Below, piece after piece: positions 26,689 to 40,684 of a stretch of DNA of 64,000 nucleotides (its first letter is position 1; each line of letters opens with the position of its first letter). The stretch comes from Vicugna vicugna (lineage: Eukaryota), in NCBI GenBank assembly GCA_013265495.1, contig MU058221.1:4032001-4096000 (forward strand), written 5' to 3'. Made by a program: the position numbers and the translations under genes. The notes beneath the pieces are model-generated. The model did no database searches. It saw nothing but the letters and a program-made list of their open reading frames with translations, and was not told the DNA's origin.

Positions 26689-28009
26689 TCCTACAAATGT
26701 GTCTTAATATTAGTAGCATAATACAATATCATACTATCATTGACTTTAAGAACTTGTATTTTCTGAACCTTTCAGAGCAATGAAATCACTAAAGGATTAT
26801 GAAAAAATACCTTTTCCATTTTAATACAAGTTAAATCTTATAAAAATATTATAATCCTCCAGTAAAGGAAAGACACACCTGTTACGAGCTGTTTTCAACT
26901 ACCATTCATTTCCTGCTCATCTTCCTTTTGTTTAACCATAAGTTTTGGCCTTTGTTATTTGTGATAATAAAATCAATTTGGTTCAACAATAAGTCAAAGA
27001 AACCGTAAATATTTTTTAAAAGGTTAGTCTAAAATAACACTGAGAGAACAATTCCTTGCCTACTGTAATTTCTTGCTTGGCTGCACAACAATTTTCTGCC
27101 AACAACTGAACGGGTTGGGGAGCTAAAATATTTCTGGGGTGGCTCATACACCTAAATTCATCATTTTCTTAAAGTTACTTTTGCATTATCCACGGAATTG
27201 TTATTTTCTGTTCTTGGTAGATAGTCTTTCTGGACATTTTATTTTCTGAAGGTAGTAAATTAAAACACACGTAAACACACAAGCACAAATCAGAAAGAAG
27301 TCTACACAATTTTTGCCCTCTTAAAAAAATGTTTAATCTCCACTGCAAACAATGAATTTAATAATACTCCTGAATTCATAATATGTTATCATAACCTGTA
27401 CACCTAAGATTTCTTTCTTGGTCTATTTTATGTTATTTTTCTTTTTATTCTCTACCCTAATCCATCCACTTCCCTCTCATAGGAACCAATTCTAATATTT
27501 TTGATGATTGCTTCTTTACTTCTTAAATATTATGTATTTTATGATCTGAAAATATATCTAGCTCCTGGCTTCTGTCTGTTGTCGGGTAGCTCCTTGTGAG
27601 CACATCTTACATAATTGCCTCCTTATGCTGGAAGCATAGGCTGTCTTCATCTCTCACTTCCGCAGCCAATGTGACGCAGATGCCTTGATGATGGAAATAT
27701 ACGTGGGAAATGCATGTCACTTTGCATGTGACATAACGTGCTTCGCTTCACTAAGTATAGCCAAGTTGCTCCCCAGAATTCCTGCACCCCAGTGTGCTCT
27801 AAATTGCCAGTCTACTCCACACCAACATTTGCCGTTACAGTTTTCTCTATTTTTGCCCTTTTTGGTGAGTGTAAAGTGCAGACACACACACTGTTTAAGG
27901 GCTGTGTCAAACATATAATAACTACGTCATCTTATGATTGAATTCCATAGTGACTTTCAATAGCATGTGTCCGTGCTTTCTACCGTCTGAAACTGAGGTG
28001 ATTTTTTAA

Positions 28010-28186
28010 AAAAAGGAAAGTCGAAACCACAAATTTCTTCTGTATAACCCAGGGAACAACAGTCAATATCTTGTAAAAAAAAGAATATGAAAACGAATAC
28101 ATATGTCGATGTCTGACTGAAACATGCTGCTGTGCACCAGAAACTGACACAACAGTGTAAACTGACCATACTTCAATTAAAAAAAA
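28010..28186 (+). mobile_element. L1 3' end, same family as 120-352
   Basis: CACCAGAAACTGACACAACAGTGTAAACTGACCATACTTCAATTAAAAAAAA. Confidence 0.85.
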
Positions 28187-31100
28187 TGCAAGGTCAAGAC
28201 TTGGGGCAGAGAAGAAGGGTTGAGTGGAAAGAGAAACAGGCTGTCGATACAAATACCCATTCTCTTTGTCTCTCGCGTTATCATATACTGAAATGGTCGT
28301 TTCTATGGGTTCATATGTCTAGAATCGGGGACCCATGTCCACCACCAAGGATGCTGAGGGCACTGGTGCTGCCCTCAGCATCTTCCCTACTAACGCCTCT
28401 GGCAGGAACGTGACTATGTGCTATGACCCGCCCAGCCAGGGTCAGCGCCACATGTGACTGTCACATGCAACAGCAGTGCTCACCACCAAGGCTCCCGCCG
28501 TCAACAGCGCTGTCCCCAGCATCAGTAGCTCCTCCAGTGCCAGTTAGCGCGTGAGTCGTGCCTGCCTGCCTGTCCTGCCCCGGAACGAGGGCTTTAACCA
28601 CTATGACCTGATCACCATACAACCGAATGCTCCCCCAAATTTACAGAAAATAAATTAACGTTTAAATTCATATTTTAATTATATTTCCTAAGCTAAGAGA
28701 TTGTTTGAGCATTGGTTTGCAGTGTATTCAGAATTCATTTAGTCTTGAAATAAACTTACTTTCCAAGTTTCTTGATCCCATAAGGTCAGATAACTCTCAT
28801 CAGGTTCCTTACCTGGTCCTGTAACTAACTGTCCTGAAGTTGGTCGACGCCAGCATAAACCTGGTTAACAGAGCAAATGGAACTGTTTCTTGGGCTGGGG
28901 CCCTTGCCACAGAAGGTGGGAAGAATTAGTAAGTACCATAGGAGAGATATAGACAAAATTATTCTTTATCAGAAGGCAGGATTCTTTTAAGTATTTTCTC
29001 ATTTTTTGGAAAGCAGCCAAAATTTTAATATAGTGAAATGACAACAGTGACTTAACATGAAATATTAATAATAGTACACCAAATAGGTCATAAAATTTTA
29101 AAGCAACATGATTAAGTTTACATTTTTATTTGGAATATTAGCTGGGGGGATAAAATAGAAATAATAAAAAAGAAAGGTGTCCATTACATAATTCAGTGGA
29201 ACACACTGGACAGAAATTTTCAGCCACACTTTGCCTCACAGTCTCCAGCAGGAGACACATAAGGGCTTTTAGAGCTTGAACTTTGCTTTTTTGATGTTGA
29301 AACGTTTGATTTCGGAAATAAAAATGCTGGTTTAGGGTACTGTTTCTCCAATTTTATTTAATGCATAAGTCTTTATTAAAAGAGAAATAGTCTTCCAATG
29401 TTGAGTTACATTATTTCATTTATAGCGTTACTTAAATATGTATAAACATAAAGCAAAGTGTAAACTCCTAATGTTAAGAGTTTTTACACAACCATAACAC
29501 TAAAGCAAATGTATACATCAAATAAAAAACAACAACTGAAAAAAAAATCGAATTAACAGCACTTATTTAAAGTGTCAGTTAAGGGTTTTTCTGAACTAAA
29601 TTGCCATTCACTATAGGAATATGCTCTTGACTGCCAGGATACAAATTCTTTCGAGTCAGCATTTTTCTATTTCCCGGGGCCCTTTAAGGACTCAATTTCC
29701 ACCACATTTCTCTATTCCAGGGACTGTGGAAAGTTTCTTTGCAAAGCACGCTGTGAATCAATTGGCATTCACTTGGCACAAAGTCCTCTTTTACTTATTA
29801 AGTGTACTTCTTTCCTTTTCTAATTACACTAAGACAATTAGAGTCATACTTTTGGTGCCAGCATAATCTCAAGCACAAACAAAAATGCTGATTCTAAAGG
29901 AGGATGGATTTCCTTGGTTAAAAGATGGCCGTCCAAATAACACGAGCGTGCTTAGGTTTGTTTATATCGTTGAAATAAATACACTCACACACATGCACAC
30001 TCACTCCTAGTTTAATCTCAAGACTGCTTCATTTTGATTTCCGTGAAAGGCAAGAGGATATACAAAATTATAACATGCAGAAAAAGTTAGAGCCCCAGAA
30101 GCAACTGAACATAGAGAGAAGAAACATTTGAACACAGGACACTGGGAAAGTTTTATTAAAGGGGTCCCATTGTTTTCATGACCAAAAAAAAATTCCTAGT
30201 TGAACATCAGTTGTTCTTCTAATATAGTCCTAGAGGAACTGGCATATAAAGATAAATAATTTATTTTGTGTACACTCAAGAAAACTAAACCCAGGGCAAG
30301 ACAGTTGCACCGAATATGAAGGTTCATATAAAGTGGTAATGATTCTAATAGTGGAATATATAAGCTACATTCAGAAATTAGAATAGGGGCCTTGGTAAAT
30401 GACATTCGATGTGTAGATTTGCTGTAACATATCCCTGGCTCATTGAAGTGACTCTGGGAAAAGATGTTAAATTTTACCCTAATTTTACATTTGAAACAGC
30501 AAAGGAAAAAAATGGAAAAGCATCTCAATCTCCAGTATTTCATTAGTGTATCACCCTCAGAAGTATTTACAACAGTGTGTTAATTAGCGTAACTTGGACA
30601 CAAACAACAGAGACCAACTCTACATAACGGGAGCAAAAAGAAATTGATGGAGTGTTGCATGAGACTATATGCAATTATGGGTGGGAAGCTTTTGAAAATT
30701 GTAAAGCCCTATAGAATTTAAAGAATCTTTTATAAAACTGAAAAAATAAAAATAAAAAAGAAAGGGCATTGCATGGCTCACAAAATCAAAGGTGCAGGAG
30801 ACCAGTCATCACACAGGACAAAATTCAAAGCATCTCTGTACAGAAGGAACTGAAGAGTCCCTAACTTCAGTCAGTTCCAGCAATTTTCCTTTCTTGCCTC
30901 ATCTTATTGAACATTCACGTTTCTTGGAAAATTAGTCCACATTTTCTAACTTGAGTCTTAAGTCCTCTTCTCCACCTGGAAATCTATTATAAATAGCTGC
31001 TTATCTGTTTTACATCTGAATCTCCAATTAAAATGTAAGTGTAATAAGGGAGGAATCTTTTCTGTTGGGTTTGCTACTGGATCTCCAGTGCACGCATCAG

Positions 31101-31429
31101 TGTCTGGGTTATAGTTTCAGCCTAGTAAGAACTGGTTGAGTAAACTAGTGAGCAAATGTCCCATCCTTTGAGGCAGTGGGGGGAATGCTTTGACGGACAG
31201 TCTTACAAATGCTGAGCGCAACAGCAGTATGATTCACCAAGGTAAAAAGCAGGGATCTGATACCGGAGATAGAGAAAATGAAGGTGGGAAAGGCAATAAA
31301 AGATAGGGGTTGGGGTGGGGAATGAATATTTATTAAGAACTGCAGATTTATGCAGAGGTAAGAGGTATTTTTGAAATATTTACTTGCTATCTTCTGTAGA
31401 ATTATTAAGTATATTTTTCCTTTTCTTCA

Positions 31430-33597
31430 GCATTCAAGTTAATATTTTAAAAAGATGAAAGATTTCAGATCAATGATGTAAGATTCCATCTCAAGAAACT
31501 AGAAAAAGAAGAGCATTTTAAAAATGTGAAATAAAGGAAATAACAACAGCAAAATTAAATAAAAATAAAAATAGAAAAAAATAGAGAAAATCAATGCAAA
31601 CAAAATTCTTGTTCTTTAAAAAGACTAATGAAATGAATGTGTCTCTGTCTGGTGGTTAGATCAATAGAACTGAATAGAATGCCCCAAGATAGGCTCATGC
31701 TATACTTAACTGATCTTTGACAAAGAAGAAAAGGCAATTTGATGAAGAAAGAATAATCTTTCAGCAAATGGTTCTTTTGTTGCAGAAAAATGTGTTACAG
31801 CTCAGTGTGACAGCAACCTGGATCCAGGCGAGAGACCAAGCAGCCCTCAGAGAGTTGGAGAACTACGCCAGCGAGGCCAGAGGAGTTAACACTCCAAGCG
31901 CTGGACCCCCATCTGCAGATTTATGCAGGCTTTTATAGGCTGCCAGTTTACACTTTGCAACATCATATGCAAATAAGGTATAACAAAAGCTGACTAATTA
32001 GAAACAGGCTTTGTAGAAATGGACCAATCGGGGGGGAGAGAAATAACCAATCAGGAGTGAGGGAAATGGACCAATCAGAGGAGTGAGCTCCACTTTCCTA
32101 GAAGTTAGCCGTTTTAGAGGCAAAAAGTGAGATAAAGCCGCTGGGCCAGGGAACCGGATGGTGCTGGCCAGCGAGTAGTGGCCCTGCCTGGGGGTCCTGC
32201 CGGTCTTATTTTATGGGGCTTCCCACCTCACTATAACAACTGGACATCCACATATCGAAAATAAATTTGGACACAGGCATTATATTTTTAAAAATAAGTT
32301 AAAATGGATCTTAGACCTAAATGTAAAATGTCAAACTATAAAACTTCTAGAAGATTTATAGGAAAAAAATGGAGGTGACCGTTGGTTTGGTAATGAGTCT
32401 TTCAAAACAACACCAAAAGCATAAACTATGGGGAAAAATTGGTAAGTTAAAATTTATTAAAAATAAAAACTTTGCTCTGGGAAGGACACTATCAAATGAA
32501 GGAAGACAAAACCCAGACCGGGAGAAAACATTTGCATAATACATAGAACAGTTAAAACTAAATAACAGGAAAATAAACAACTCAGTTCAAAATGGGCAAA
32601 AAGATCTTCATCAAAGAAGGTATTCAAATAGCAAGTCAACCTAAAAAGATGATCAATGTTATATAACATTAGAAAATTGCAAATTAAAATGACAGTAAGA
32701 AAGAACAAATACACACCTATTAGAATGGTTGAAATCCAAAAGAACTCTAATCTCACCAAGTCCTGATGAGACTGGAGCAACTGGTACCCTTACTAATTGC
32801 TCGAGAAAATAAAATAAAGATGCAGCCACTTTGGAAGACAGTTTGGCAGTCTGTCAGAAAGCTGAACACCATCTCAGCATATGATTCAGCAACTGTGTCC
32901 TAAGCATTTAACAAATTAGTTGACAATTATGTCCATACAAAAACCTGCACACAAATGTTTGTAGCAGCTTTTTATATTACTGCTAAAACTTAAAAAAGAA
33001 AAAAAAAAAGATGTTCTTCAATAGGTGAATGGATTGAAAAAAACCTATGGAACTGTGGTACATCCTGACAATGAAATGTTTTTCAGCAATAAAAAGAAAT
33101 GAGTTAGCAAGCCATAGAAAGACATGAAGGAAACTTAAGTGCACACTGCCTAAATCCATGAGCAAGTACAGCCCACAAAGGCTACGTGCTATATGAGTCC
33201 AATCATATTACACTGAAAAAGGCAAAACTATAGAGACAGCAAAATGTTCTAGTGGTAGCCAGAGGTTTTGGTGATGGGATGGGGACAAACAGGTAGAGCA
33301 CAGGACATTTTTAGGCTCCTGAAACTACACTGCATGATAACAGTGGGTAAGTGACACTATTTGTCAAAACCCATGAAACTATACCACACAGAATGAATGC
33401 TAATGTAAACTATTGGCTTTATGAATAATAATTAAATTAAATATTTAAATGATTAAGGATCAATATTGGTCTGTCAAAGGCAGCACACGAATGCAAGCTG
33501 TTAGTAGCGGGGAGAGCTATGTGGCGGGAAAGCAGGTGTATGGAAACTCTGTGCTATCTGCTCAATTTTCCTGTAAACCTAAAACCGTTTTTTAAAA
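31430..33597 (+). mobile_element. L1MC-like element (ORF2 relics and 3' UTR), interrupted by an LTR
   Basis: CCATCTCAAGAAACTAGAAAAAGAAGAGCA, AAATGGATCTTAGACCTAAATGTAAAA, CAGCCACTTTGGAAGACAGTTTGGCAG and TGTAAACCTAAAAC. The L1 reads through across the 31778-32230 insert. Confidence 0.85.
31778..32230 (-). mobile_element. ERV solo LTR nested in L1
   Basis: TGTTGCAG...CCACCTCA termini with TSD-like CTTT/CTAT. It splits the L1 motif AAATGGT...AACAACTGGACATCCACA. Confidence 0.8.
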
Positions 33598-33609
33598 ATC
33601 AAGCATAAT

Positions 33610-34013
33610 TACAGGCAGCCAAAAGGCATATGAAAAGATGCTCAATATCGTTAATTATTAGAGAAATGCAAATCAAAACTACAATGAGCTGTCCTCTCAC
33701 ACTGGCCAGAATGGCCATTAAAAAGTCCACAAAGGATAAATGCTGGGGAGGGTGTGGAGAAAAAGGAATTTTACACTGTTGGTGGAAATGCAAATTGGCG
33801 CAGGCACTATGAAGAACAGTATGGAGTTTCCTTAAAAGACTGAAAATAGACGTACTGTGTGATCCTACAAGCCCACTCCTGGGCATTTATCCGGAGAAAA
33901 TGCGAATTTGAAAAGACACCTGCACCCCAATGCTCACAGCAGCAGTATTTACAATAGCCAAGACATGGAAGCAACCTGAATGTCCATCACAGATGACCAG
34001 ATAAAGAAGATGG
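33610..34013 (+). mobile_element. Younger L1 ORF2 C-terminal fragment
   Basis: ORF 33630-33812 ([19 protein letters not shown]...[20 protein letters not shown]...HCWWKCKL) is the recognisable L1 ORF2p cysteine-rich C-terminus. Confidence 0.9.
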
Positions 34014-34727
34014 CGCGCGTGTGTGTGAGTGCATGTGTATAATTACTTCAGTCCCATGTTCTACTCTTTACAGTCCTTTTAATGATATGCTACAACAGAA
34101 TCAGATATCTATTAAGAGTCTCAGGAGGTAAAAAAGCAATTTCTTGCAGTTTTTCAACAAGCAATCTGATGCCAATCACTCTTCTGCCAAAGGTAATTTC
34201 TCACATAAATTTCCTGCTTAGCTTCAGAGCACCTAGAATAAGAAGGTTGGTCATCCTTGAAAAAGCATGACCCCTGCCTCACTGCACTTTTTGCAACACT
34301 GACTTTAAGCACCTGACTTCTCAGAAGGCGATGGGTATCACTGGCCATCAGAGCGTGGGTGACATACATCACGTTGGCACTGCCATCCTCTGGTCTCAGA
34401 TTGACGTTTCTTTAACCTCCACTGTGGGTCAGAGCGATTTTCAACCTGAAGATAATGGTTCCATTTTCTCCTTTTTGCCCTTTGTTCTCTCTCTCGCTCT
34501 CAGAGGCATGCTTCCACATCGTTTTCAGCAAATTTCTCAACTTTTACCAGCATACAAATTCCCTTGAAAAGTCTTGACATTAGTTGTTGAAAATCAGTCA
34601 GGTGATCATATTTCTTGGATGCCCACATATGTTTTAGGATGTTGAGGGAGATCCAAGGAAACAAACTTAATTCCCTGTGTAACCAACTTGCATTTTGTGA
34701 AACAAACTGCAGTCCAAAGGCTCAACA

Positions 34728-35238
34728 CATTGCCGACTCCAGACCCGTTCTGCTCGCCGCATGACAGGCCAGTAAATCGGGAGACGAGGTGCTGGAGCAA
34801 GGAGTAGTGACTTAATTCGGAAAGCGGGCAGACCGAGAGGATGGCAGACTAATGTCCTGGAGACACATCCTGCTCCAGTCAGAATACAGGCTCCTTTTAT
34901 ACAAAAAAAAAGGGGGGGCAGGGGCTGTGGTTGGTTGCAAACTTCTTACTACAGGAATTCTTTGTTCTTGCCAGGCCACGGTGTCCCTGTAAACCTCCAA
35001 TAAAAAAAAGGTTATTCTCTATTTTGCAACTTGCCATCGCCACGTAAGTGCAGAAGTGCTAACATCCTTAAAGGTCAGCGCCCTGAGAACAGGCTGTCCT
35101 GTAATATTTCAGGCTAAAGGCAACATGGTTTTCCAAAAGGTGCAGAGCCAGCAAGACTAAGCCTAGAAAATAGGGCACGGTGGTCAGAACTAAAGGAACA
35201 GATCCAGTATGCAGTCAGATTTGTTCTCCTCTATTACA
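34728..35238 (-). mobile_element. ERV1 solo LTR, family A
   Basis: Homologous to 49348-49864. Perfect TSD AACA (34724-34727 and 35239-35242). Confidence 0.85.
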
Positions 35239-36659
35239 AACATAAACTTAAGCCAAATGCTGGGCATTGCAGCTCTTTCATCACTGGCACCATCATCAAT
35301 AGTAACACGGCCTTTTTATTAGATTAGGAAACTGAGAGCTTAATGAATTTTCTCTGTGTCTTCATTGGTTTGAAGAGAAAAGAGCACGGGTCCAAAGGAG
35401 AAAAAAGAAAAGTCATTTCGGGAGTAATATGATAGTGTTTCTACACTGCAATCATCCTCAGAATATTCTCTTTTCCCTCCCGTGTCACAGAAATCAATGA
35501 AGCCTCTCTCGGAGTCTGGAATCTATTAGATATTGCTCTTCGTGGCTGCAGAGACGGAGCTGCTGGTCAGGAGGCATTGCCAGCGTGCCAAGACCTTCGA
35601 GCAGAGGAACATCTCCCTTACCTTTGTATTTCATGCACGTGATCGATAGCAAGAGAAAGAGAAATTGGGAAAACAGCAAGCAAGAAAGCAGACACGTGGT
35701 TGGACTTCATAATTATTAGAAAACTCCTTTACTTCAAGACCATGTGGATTATACGCACACACATCTGCATACACACATATATTTATATATGCACACACAC
35801 ATACCCGTCCACACACGTGTGTCCTGTTTGTGAAAGACGTAGTACTGGTTCCCAGAAGACGCAGAGCAAAAGATGACATAAGCCCTGTCTTCAAGGAGGT
35901 AAGTATTTATTAAGGAACATACACAGTCAAACTAAAATTACAACCAAATGCCTAATAGAAAATCTCATGATTAGGTTCAAAAGTAACATCAATGGCTTTT
36001 TTTTCACCAAGTTGGTGTTCCTAATTCTTTCGCGGCATTGGCTTTTCTTCTTTTTTTTTTTTTTTTTTGATTTTTAGTGTTTTTTCTTTAACTTTATTTG
36101 GCTTCTTCCTTTATTTGAGCAGCTTAGTTATGTGCATAATTTTGGTGATTTGTCTCCATTACATCAATTTACTCTCATATTTAGCTGGTCTTTAACTGAT
36201 ACTCACGAAGGGCTGTAAGCCAATGTTCTTGTATTTCATTCATAAGAAGCGTGATTTTTACAAGATTATATTAGGAAGTTCGACCCCAGGGCGGTTCTAA
36301 GGATGTGATCTGACCTCCTTTAAGATGTGAAAGCATCATAGAGCTGAGAATATGTCTTCCTTACAGCTATAATTTCTCAGTTCTGAATACTGTCAATTCT
36401 CACTGAACAGGTGTATCAACTGATACCTCTTCTTTACCATAGAGAAGATACTTTACCTTGTATGTGCTGTAAATGAATTACCAAAAAAAAAAAAAAAAAA
36501 CAGTCCAAATCTGGACCATATATTCACCATATATTCAATAACATGAGGTCAAGGGAAGGATCATTAAAAGGACACACAGGCATTGGGTTGAATATGAATG
36601 AGCCCCCAGGCAGGATGTACAGTGGGGGCAGAGGTGCTGTTATAGGAGAGCGCTGTGAC

Positions 36660-36922
36660 TCCATCTGGTTAATGACCAGTGCTGAGAAGGGCCATGGAAA
36701 CCCCAGATTTGTGGCCAGTTGATCAGAAGTACGCGTAGGCTAGGATCCAACATGCCCTTAAACCCGTGAATTAATTCTAACACTAGCTCCAGGATGTTAG
36801 CGTCAGAATTGAGTTGTATTTCTGTACCACAGTGGGCGTCAGAGGACGGGCTGTCTAGTCTGTTGGTGAATTGTGAGGATGTGAGAACAAATCTGACTGG
36901 ACTCCAAGATGTCAGGGACACT
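36660..36922 (+). mobile_element. MER21-group LTR 3' fragment
   Basis: GGAAACCCCAGATTTGTGGCCAGTTGATCAGAAGT...GTTAGCGTCAGAATTGAGTTG. Confidence 0.5.
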
Positions 36923-37184
36923 GGTATTTATACTTTTGTTGGAGTTAAGATATTTTAATTGTCATTGGATTGGATATTTATTGCCTTTACCTACAGTTAG
37001 CATCTTCTTTAAAAGAATGGAAATCACTCATTGATATGGTCTTGAAATTCAAGAAAAAGTAGAAACTTGAAACGTAACCAATAATTGAATTTAGATTGTG
37101 AAGAGAAACTACAGGGAGATAGGAAATTAATCATTAGAATATAAGCTTGAATGGAGTATAATGCAAATTATTACCACAAAAGCA

Positions 37185-37695
37185 AAAAAAAAAGCAAATC
37201 AAAACTGCAATGAAATATCACCTCACACTTAGAATGGCTGTTATCAAAAAGACAAGAGACAGCAAGTGTTGGTGTGGATGTGGAGAAACGGTTACCCTTG
37301 TGCACTGTTGGTAGGAATGTAAATTGATGCAGCCACTATGGAGAACAGTGTGGAGAATATTAAAAAAAAATAAGAATAGAGCTTCCATATGATCCAGAAA
37401 TTCCACTACTGGGTATTTATTTGAAGAAAATGAAAACACCAACTTAAGTTTAAATGGAATATTATTCACCTGTAAAAAATGAAATATTGCCGTTTCCAAC
37501 AACATGGGTGGACTCTGAGAGCCTCATGCTAAGTAAAATAAGTCAGACCAAGAAAGATAAATACCACATCATCATTCTCATATGTAGAATCTAAAAAACA
37601 AACAATAAAAATAAAACACCAAGCTCATAGATAGAGAAAATAGATTGGTGTTTGCTAGAGGTGGGAGGTGGAGGGTAGGAGAAATGGACGAAGTT
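37185..37695 (+). mobile_element. L1 (L1MA-like) ORF2 end and 3' UTR with internal deletion
   Basis: GCAAATCAAAACTGCAATGAAATATCACCTCACAC...GCAGCCACTATGGAGAACAG...ATGCTAAGTAAAATAAGTCAGAC. Confidence 0.85.
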
Positions 37696-40684
37696 TTTTG
37701 CAGAAATTTTCGACCTGTGAGCTTTGTCCACTTTGATCTCGTGATAGAGAATTTCATGGCTGCAATTTGAAATTTCATGGCTTTGGAAGTGTGAATCTTA
37801 GTGTTTTTAATTTGTTCGTAAATTCTGAATTTAAATGCATTTCAAAATCAATTATTTACCTTATTTTCAATATTACTTAAAATTGAGCTTAAGAAGCTGA
37901 CCCAGTAATGTAAATTGAACTGAAAATCACCTCTGTTCTTCTCAACTTGATATTTGCCATTTAATCTCATTCTTTTTTTTTTCCCCCCTTTTCAAGTGCT
38001 TCACCAATCATGCCTTTTGATTTCAGTTGGCTTTGAATTCCTTGAGCCCATCTTCCGGGAACTACTCTGTTGGAATGGTTATTTTCAGTTTAGCCTATTT
38101 CCACATAAAAGCCTCTTGCTACTATAATTGAAAAGTTAAAGGAACAGAGGGGATGGTAATTTAATTCTTTGATTTGGTGCCACCATACTCTATTGACTTT
38201 TCTCCTGGAGAAAATCAATTATAACACCGATACAATCCAGCAGGGAGCTCCTGGCTCACAGCATTCGCTCCCATACTATAAAGAATATATTGTATATTAT
38301 AGAGAATGTTTAGCTATTCCTCCCTTCTTTGGACCTCTGGAGAACTCTGGTCTACGCCATGTATTTTGGTATTCATTGTTTGACGTAAGTGCACTCTCTT
38401 TTTAGTTGACTGAGACATTCGAAAATACACCTATTGCCTGGCAGATTTCTGCATAGGTTTTATGTATAAGAGACACCTAGCGATGAGGGCAATTGAAAAC
38501 TCCAACATGCCTGCCTCAGGCCATACAGAAAGCTTAGGAAATACACAATAGAAGCGTCTCAACTTCCAAAGTTTCATAAGGGAAACAAAACCAGAGTCAC
38601 CACTTAGAGTCTTATCAGTATGGTTCACTGCAACAAAATGTGCTTGAATAGATAACGCTCGGTAATTATCTTTTTTCTTAATCCTGTATTCACTTTTCAA
38701 ATCATTTATACTTTAGTGAGATTAAGTAGCCACAGTTTTCAAAATGTGGTAAAGGAAATAGTGTTGGGTTTCAGCGTCCATTCTGAAGCGCCTGCATTCT
38801 TATTTAAATCATATATTCTAATGATTACTTTCAGCTGATGATCATTCCAACTTCCCTGCGGTTAATTTCACAATCTAGATTCAGCTACGGGTTTTTAGCC
38901 TTGTACTAGGACCAGAGAAATTCATCACCATTCTTGAATACCTGAAGATTTCTCTATTCATTTTTGTAAAACGTGTTCTTAGCCAGAGATGCTCCCATTG
39001 TGAGGCGTGTACACTGAGGGGAAGGTACCCATGGGCACTAATTTGCTTCTCCTGCTGTCTGCTTTTCCCCCTGACTCTGAGGAAACAATTTTTATTTTTA
39101 ATGTTTATCATGAACACAAACACTACATTACAAAAAAAAAAAAAAAACCCACAAAAATAGCTTCACAAAGGAAAAATTCCAAAGGCTCAAATGTCTCAAA
39201 ATGTTATTTTCCAAAGTGCTCATTTAGAGAGGATGGAAGAAGGTCATCGCTCACAAATAGTATTTCTAAGGTATTGAAGATTTTTCTTTATTGTTCTGGG
39301 GAAAGATGTAAGTAGTTCATTTCAGCATTATATGGATAGTGCAGAATTGATTTTTAAAAAGTTACAGTATATTTAGCAATGAAAATAAGGAGTTTCAAGA
39401 ATGAGTTAAAATTTTTAAAAAATAGTAATTATTTCACAAAAAACAGTCTGATTGCCCTGCACTTCCACCACGCCCCTACACGCGCACACACGCGCACACA
39501 ACCTATCTTTAATCATTGTTAATAATCGTACGATGGAATGGAATGAAACGTCGCCCAATTGTTACCATGTGGCTAATAGTCATGAACCTTATGGGTTATA
39601 AGAGATGGATCTATTCCCTCAGCCACTAAATACACACAAGTCATTTAATATATTAGTCCCACCATTTCTTCTCTGTAAAATGAAGGGTGAGCGTAAGCTA
39701 CGTTGAGCTTTTAACAATGTTAAGAGTCCGTAGGAAGGATTAAGTTGATACAGCAACATATGCATTGACGTCTAGCTTCCCACTGCCCCAAAGAAACTTC
39801 CAAGGATGTTCTTTAATCAAGATAGAAGCCATCGCCTAAATCCCTTCTTGCTCTCCGCCGTGCTGCCCTGGGTATGAGTGGAGCCGTGAAGTTCTGCTTT
39901 CTTTGGTTCTTGTAACCAGAGCCAATAGTAAAATCCACCTCCCTGACTGCTCTCTTCTGGGACCCAAGACACGTTCTTCTCAGTCAACACACTGTTGACA
40001 CTTTGGATTAGATAAAATTCCTCATTGTGCTGGATACTTACATAACCCAGTAGCCCCAGCCAGGAAATGGTGCAACCGAAAGCACTCTTAATGCTTTTCT
40101 AGATGACCCTCGGGAAGGAACAACCCCATTCCCAGTTTAAAACACTTGTATCCAAAAGTCACAGAAATATGACAGCCCTGAGAGTTACAAGATATCTCAT
40201 GCGCCCCAAATTTTTGAAAGGCCAGATCAGCCTCATGCCTAAAGTCACCTTCACCTTGCCATCATCTGAATTTCTATATTTTTCACTTTGACATCGTGTA
40301 GTGTTTAAGATCCAGTAGAGGGGCCACAGGGAGAATGACATCTGCCCTGTCTCTTTCTCTGTGTGTAAGGCCATCCCAGCAATTATCAATCTTTTCTCAT
40401 CTGCAACTGATAATGTATAGTATCTCCGCTGTGGGTTTTTTCTTTCTTTTAATGCTTCTGTGGAGCATTCTTGGTACCTCACAGGAATCTTTCTTGTCGG
40501 CACGGATATAGAAGATGCATTAAACAATATACAGAATTCATTCAGTTTTTCTTAGGTCACTTATAAATTTTGTATATTGTTTAATGCATCTTCTATATCC
40601 AGAACTTTTTCGGATATCCAGTGTGGCTAAGGTCTCTTCATGATAATGAAGCATTTGATTGTAAAATCTGAAAAAGGAAAGGAG

